Positions 32,657 to 34,520 of a stretch of 34,520 nucleotides of DNA are shown piece by piece. Made by a program: the position numbers and the translations under genes. Source of the stretch: Thermoplasmatota archaeon (GTDB lineage: Archaea > Thermoplasmatota > Poseidoniia > Poseidoniales > Poseidoniaceae); NCBI GenBank assembly GCA_036162675.1, contig JAYYBT010000066.1, positions 1-34,520 on the forward strand, given 5' to 3'. Numbering within the stretch: position 1 is the stretch's first letter; the number at the start of each line of letters is the position of its first letter. The notes beneath the pieces were generated by a model, which was not told where the DNA came from, ran no database searches, and worked only from the letters and a program-made list of their open reading frames with translations.

Positions 32657-34520
32657 TCACTGTTGTGGAGGTTGCTGGTAGTTGGGGTCGGGCACCCATT
32701 GGTTGGATGCCTGGTCCCAAAGCCAGCCGGGATGTTGTGATGCAGCAGGAGCTGCTGCCTCTTGGACAGCGGGGGCCGCAGCGGCCGCTTCCTGTTGAGG
32801 AAGGCTGGGTGTTTGCTTTGCCTTGGCCCACGCATAGGGGTCCTCTTCGGCAGGTGCATCGTCTCCCGTGAGTTCATCCTCGTCAATGACGTCTTCAAAC
32901 TCGATGAAGAAGAAGGCACCAGCGCCCAACAACACCAAGACGGCCAACACGATCAGAATGATGCCGAACATTCCCGAACCACCGTCGTCGCCACTGGAGA
33001 CGACAATCGCAAACTTGGCGTTGTCCGTCTGACCTGCGAACTTGAAGATTTGACCGTCCATTTCGAAAATCACATCGGACTGTCCTTCAACGCCGCTGAG
33101 TTGACCAGCCGTCAAATCCATGCTCCATGAGCCGTCAGAAAGAACACGCGTGGAGTTCAACTTGGCGTTTCCATCCGCAAATCGAGCGATGACCAAACTT
33201 CCCGGAAGGCCCTCGCCTTGGAAATTGGCGGGGTCGTTCACGGTGATATCTCCCGTATCGGTGCGCTCTACAGTGAAGGAAACTGCTCGTACGAGGAAGT
33301 TCACCTTCAGCGAGTAGGCCTTGGATTCCTGGTCATCTTGGGCGTACAGAACAACGCCGTTGAGCGACCAGTCAGGGATATTGCTGGTCGTTTGAGCCAT
33401 GTAGGACATGGGGTCATAGGTCAGTACACCCATTGGCGTGATGGTGATGAAGTCGTCGTAGAAGTCATCCTCAAGAGTTTCCTCGTCATCGTAAACATAG
33501 AATTCAAGGTCGTTGCCTGGTGAACCCGTGCCATCAGGGTCGCTGAAGAACTCAGCGAGGTCAAACGAAACACCACCGCCACAGCGGTCGAAGGAGTTTG
33601 AGTTCTGGTCGCAGAAAATCGTCCACGTGCCTACCCATCCAGTTTCATTGAATATGGGGTCGATGTTTTCAGCGTCGAGCGGGTTGTTGATGGTCATCCG
33701 CCAGGTGACCCATTCGGAGTAGTCATCACCGTCGTAGGCACGAACAGCGACGGAATAGACGCTGTCGTGGACGAGGTCCGAGGTGTCCCAATTGGCCACC
33801 CATGAACCATCGTTGGCGAAACTTGTCACCGGCAACGGGCCGTCGTTCAACACCAAACCGTTGGCGAGGTCGGTGATTTGAATCTCAACCCGAGTCACGA
33901 ATCCACCAATGTCTCGTGCAACACCGATGATTTTGGTCTCGGGAGAAGCCCGAACCGTATCGCCGTCGATGCCACCCGATGTTTGATCGTCAGCACCAAT
34001 CCAAGAGAGTTGCAGGTTTGGTGGAACGTTGTCGTTGTTGATGGTGACCGTTCGGGTCTCCACGACGCACGCACTCGAGTTGTCGATACAGAAATCACTG
34101 TCGGCGGCCCAGACATCAACGGTGTACTCACCGGTTGGCAATTCGGCGACATTCCATTCGTATGACCAACTGGTGGAACCTTGGTTGAAGAATTGCTGCT
34201 GATTGCCGTCAGGATAGGTGATTCGGAACCAAATCTGCTTGATGTCGCTGCCCAATGTACCCTGGTAAGGGTCGGATGCAGTTCCTTGGAAGAGGACCTT
34301 GCCGTTTTGGTGAACGCTACCATCGGTTGGGATGTCAACCAAGATGGTGGGCGGAACGAGGTTGAGTTTGAATTGGCGGACCTCAACTGGAGAATAGTCC
34401 AGACCGTCATAGGAGCGAATACGGAAGGTGATGTCGCCTTCACCCTCGGGGTGAGCAGCTCCGTCCCATTCGTAGACCCAATCCTTGAACGGGTGGGTCT
34501 GCATAGTGATCTCGCCGTTT
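32657..34520 (-). CDS. Ig-like repeat surface protein with C-terminal TM anchor and cytoplasmic tail; 5' end probably outside the window
   Basis: The frame stays open upstream of the track ATG (34504) to the window edge (...NGEIT-MQTHPF). Three Big-like modules with a W-x-[YA]-x-W-[DN] ... [AY]-x-D pattern (WVYEWDGA...RSYDGLDYS, WSYEWNVA...VWAADSDF, WVANWDTS...RAYDGDDYS). TM MFGIILIVLAVLVLLGAGAFFFI. 81-aa tail ending HPGWLWDQASNQWVPDPNYQQPPQQ. Confidence 0.8.
   Translation of the reverse strand, partial: NGEITMQTHPFKDWVYEWDGAAHPEGEGDITFRIRSYDGLDYSPVEVRQFKLNLVPPTILVDIPTDGSVHQNGKVLFQGTASDPYQGTLGSDIKQIWFRITYPDGNQQQFFNQGSTSWSYEWNVAELPTGEYTVDVWAADSDFCIDNSSACVVETRTVTINNDNVPPNLQLSWIGADDQTSGGIDGDTVRASPETKIIGVARDIGGFVTRVEIQITDLANGLVLNDGPLPVTSFANDGSWVANWDTSDLVHDSVYSVAVRAYDGDDYSEWVTWRMTINNPLDAENIDPIFNETGWVGTWTIFCDQNSNSFDRCGGGVSFDLAEFFSDPDGTGSPGNDLEFYVYDDEETLEDDFYDDFITITPMGVLTYDPMSYMAQTTSNIPDWSLNGVVLYAQDDQESKAYSLKVNFLVRAVSFTVERTDTGDITVNDPANFQGEGLPGSLVIARFADGNAKLNSTRVLSDGSWSMDLTAGQLSGVEGQSDVIFEMDGQIFKFAGQTDNAKFAIVVSSGDDGGSGMFGIILIVLAVLVLLGAGAFFFIEFEDVIDEDELTGDDAPAEEDPYAWAKAKQTPSLPQQEAAAAAPAVQEAAAPAASQHPGWLWDQASNQWVPDPNYQQPPQQ

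Noticed and set aside
33895-34443. 182-aa alternative-frame ORF within the Ig-like surface protein gene
   Set aside because: It is nested in another frame of a longer ORF with repeated Ig-like modules and a TM anchor.
1-34520. Looked for CRISPR arrays, tRNA/rRNA genes, IS elements, integrases, reverse transcriptases, toxin-antitoxin pairs and restriction-modification genes
   Set aside because: Non-coding spacers total under 1 kb and none contains direct repeat-spacer structure or cloverleaf-like sequence. No ORF shows transposase, integrase, RT or nuclease motifs. The only defence-like fold is the STAND NTPase, reported separately.

Overview
Archaeal chromosomal fragment, very tightly packed. 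I call 23 CDS, roughly 97% coding by my coordinates. Most spacers are under 100 nt and several convergent genes overlap at their stops. Archaeal origin is supported by four things: an archaeal/eukaryotic-type ribosomal protein uS15, archaeosine synthase ArcS (PCSxxKPY motif), a UPF0201-like protein, and three class III (prepilin-type) signal peptides. The acidic proteins, mid-range GC by eye and giant Ca-binding surface proteins suggest a marine planktonic euryarchaeon (Thermoplasmatota / Marine Group II-like). That assignment is inference only.

Roughly 1.5-12.4 kb is housekeeping: uS15, ArcS, an isolated DnaJ, a GT2 glycosyltransferase, UPF0201, and an unusual pyroglutamyl-peptidase::Nudix fusion.

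Roughly 12.7-34.5 kb is a cell-surface island with three parts:
- A minus-strand array: a 1916-aa secreted Ca-binding repeat protein, a 1817-aa membrane-anchored protein with a proline-rich cytoplasmic tail, a coiled-coil protein, and a lipoprotein Zn-protease.
- A plus-strand operon: an MBL-fold hydrolase plus three large pilin-like proteins. All three pilin-like genes have near-perfect Shine-Dalgarno sites and ATGA overlaps. No assembly ATPase, platform protein or prepilin peptidase lies in the window.
- A wHTH-STAND(NB-ARC-like)-TPR NTPase sitting 21 nt downstream of an Ig-like membrane-anchored surface protein and 1 nt from the convergent end of the pilin operon.

I saw no rRNA, tRNA, CRISPR array, transposase/integrase or reverse transcriptase. 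A 485-codon ORF at the left edge (1..1456, minus) is missing from the supplied ORF track because its stop lies outside the window. Several track ORFs are over-extended to TTG/GTG starts.
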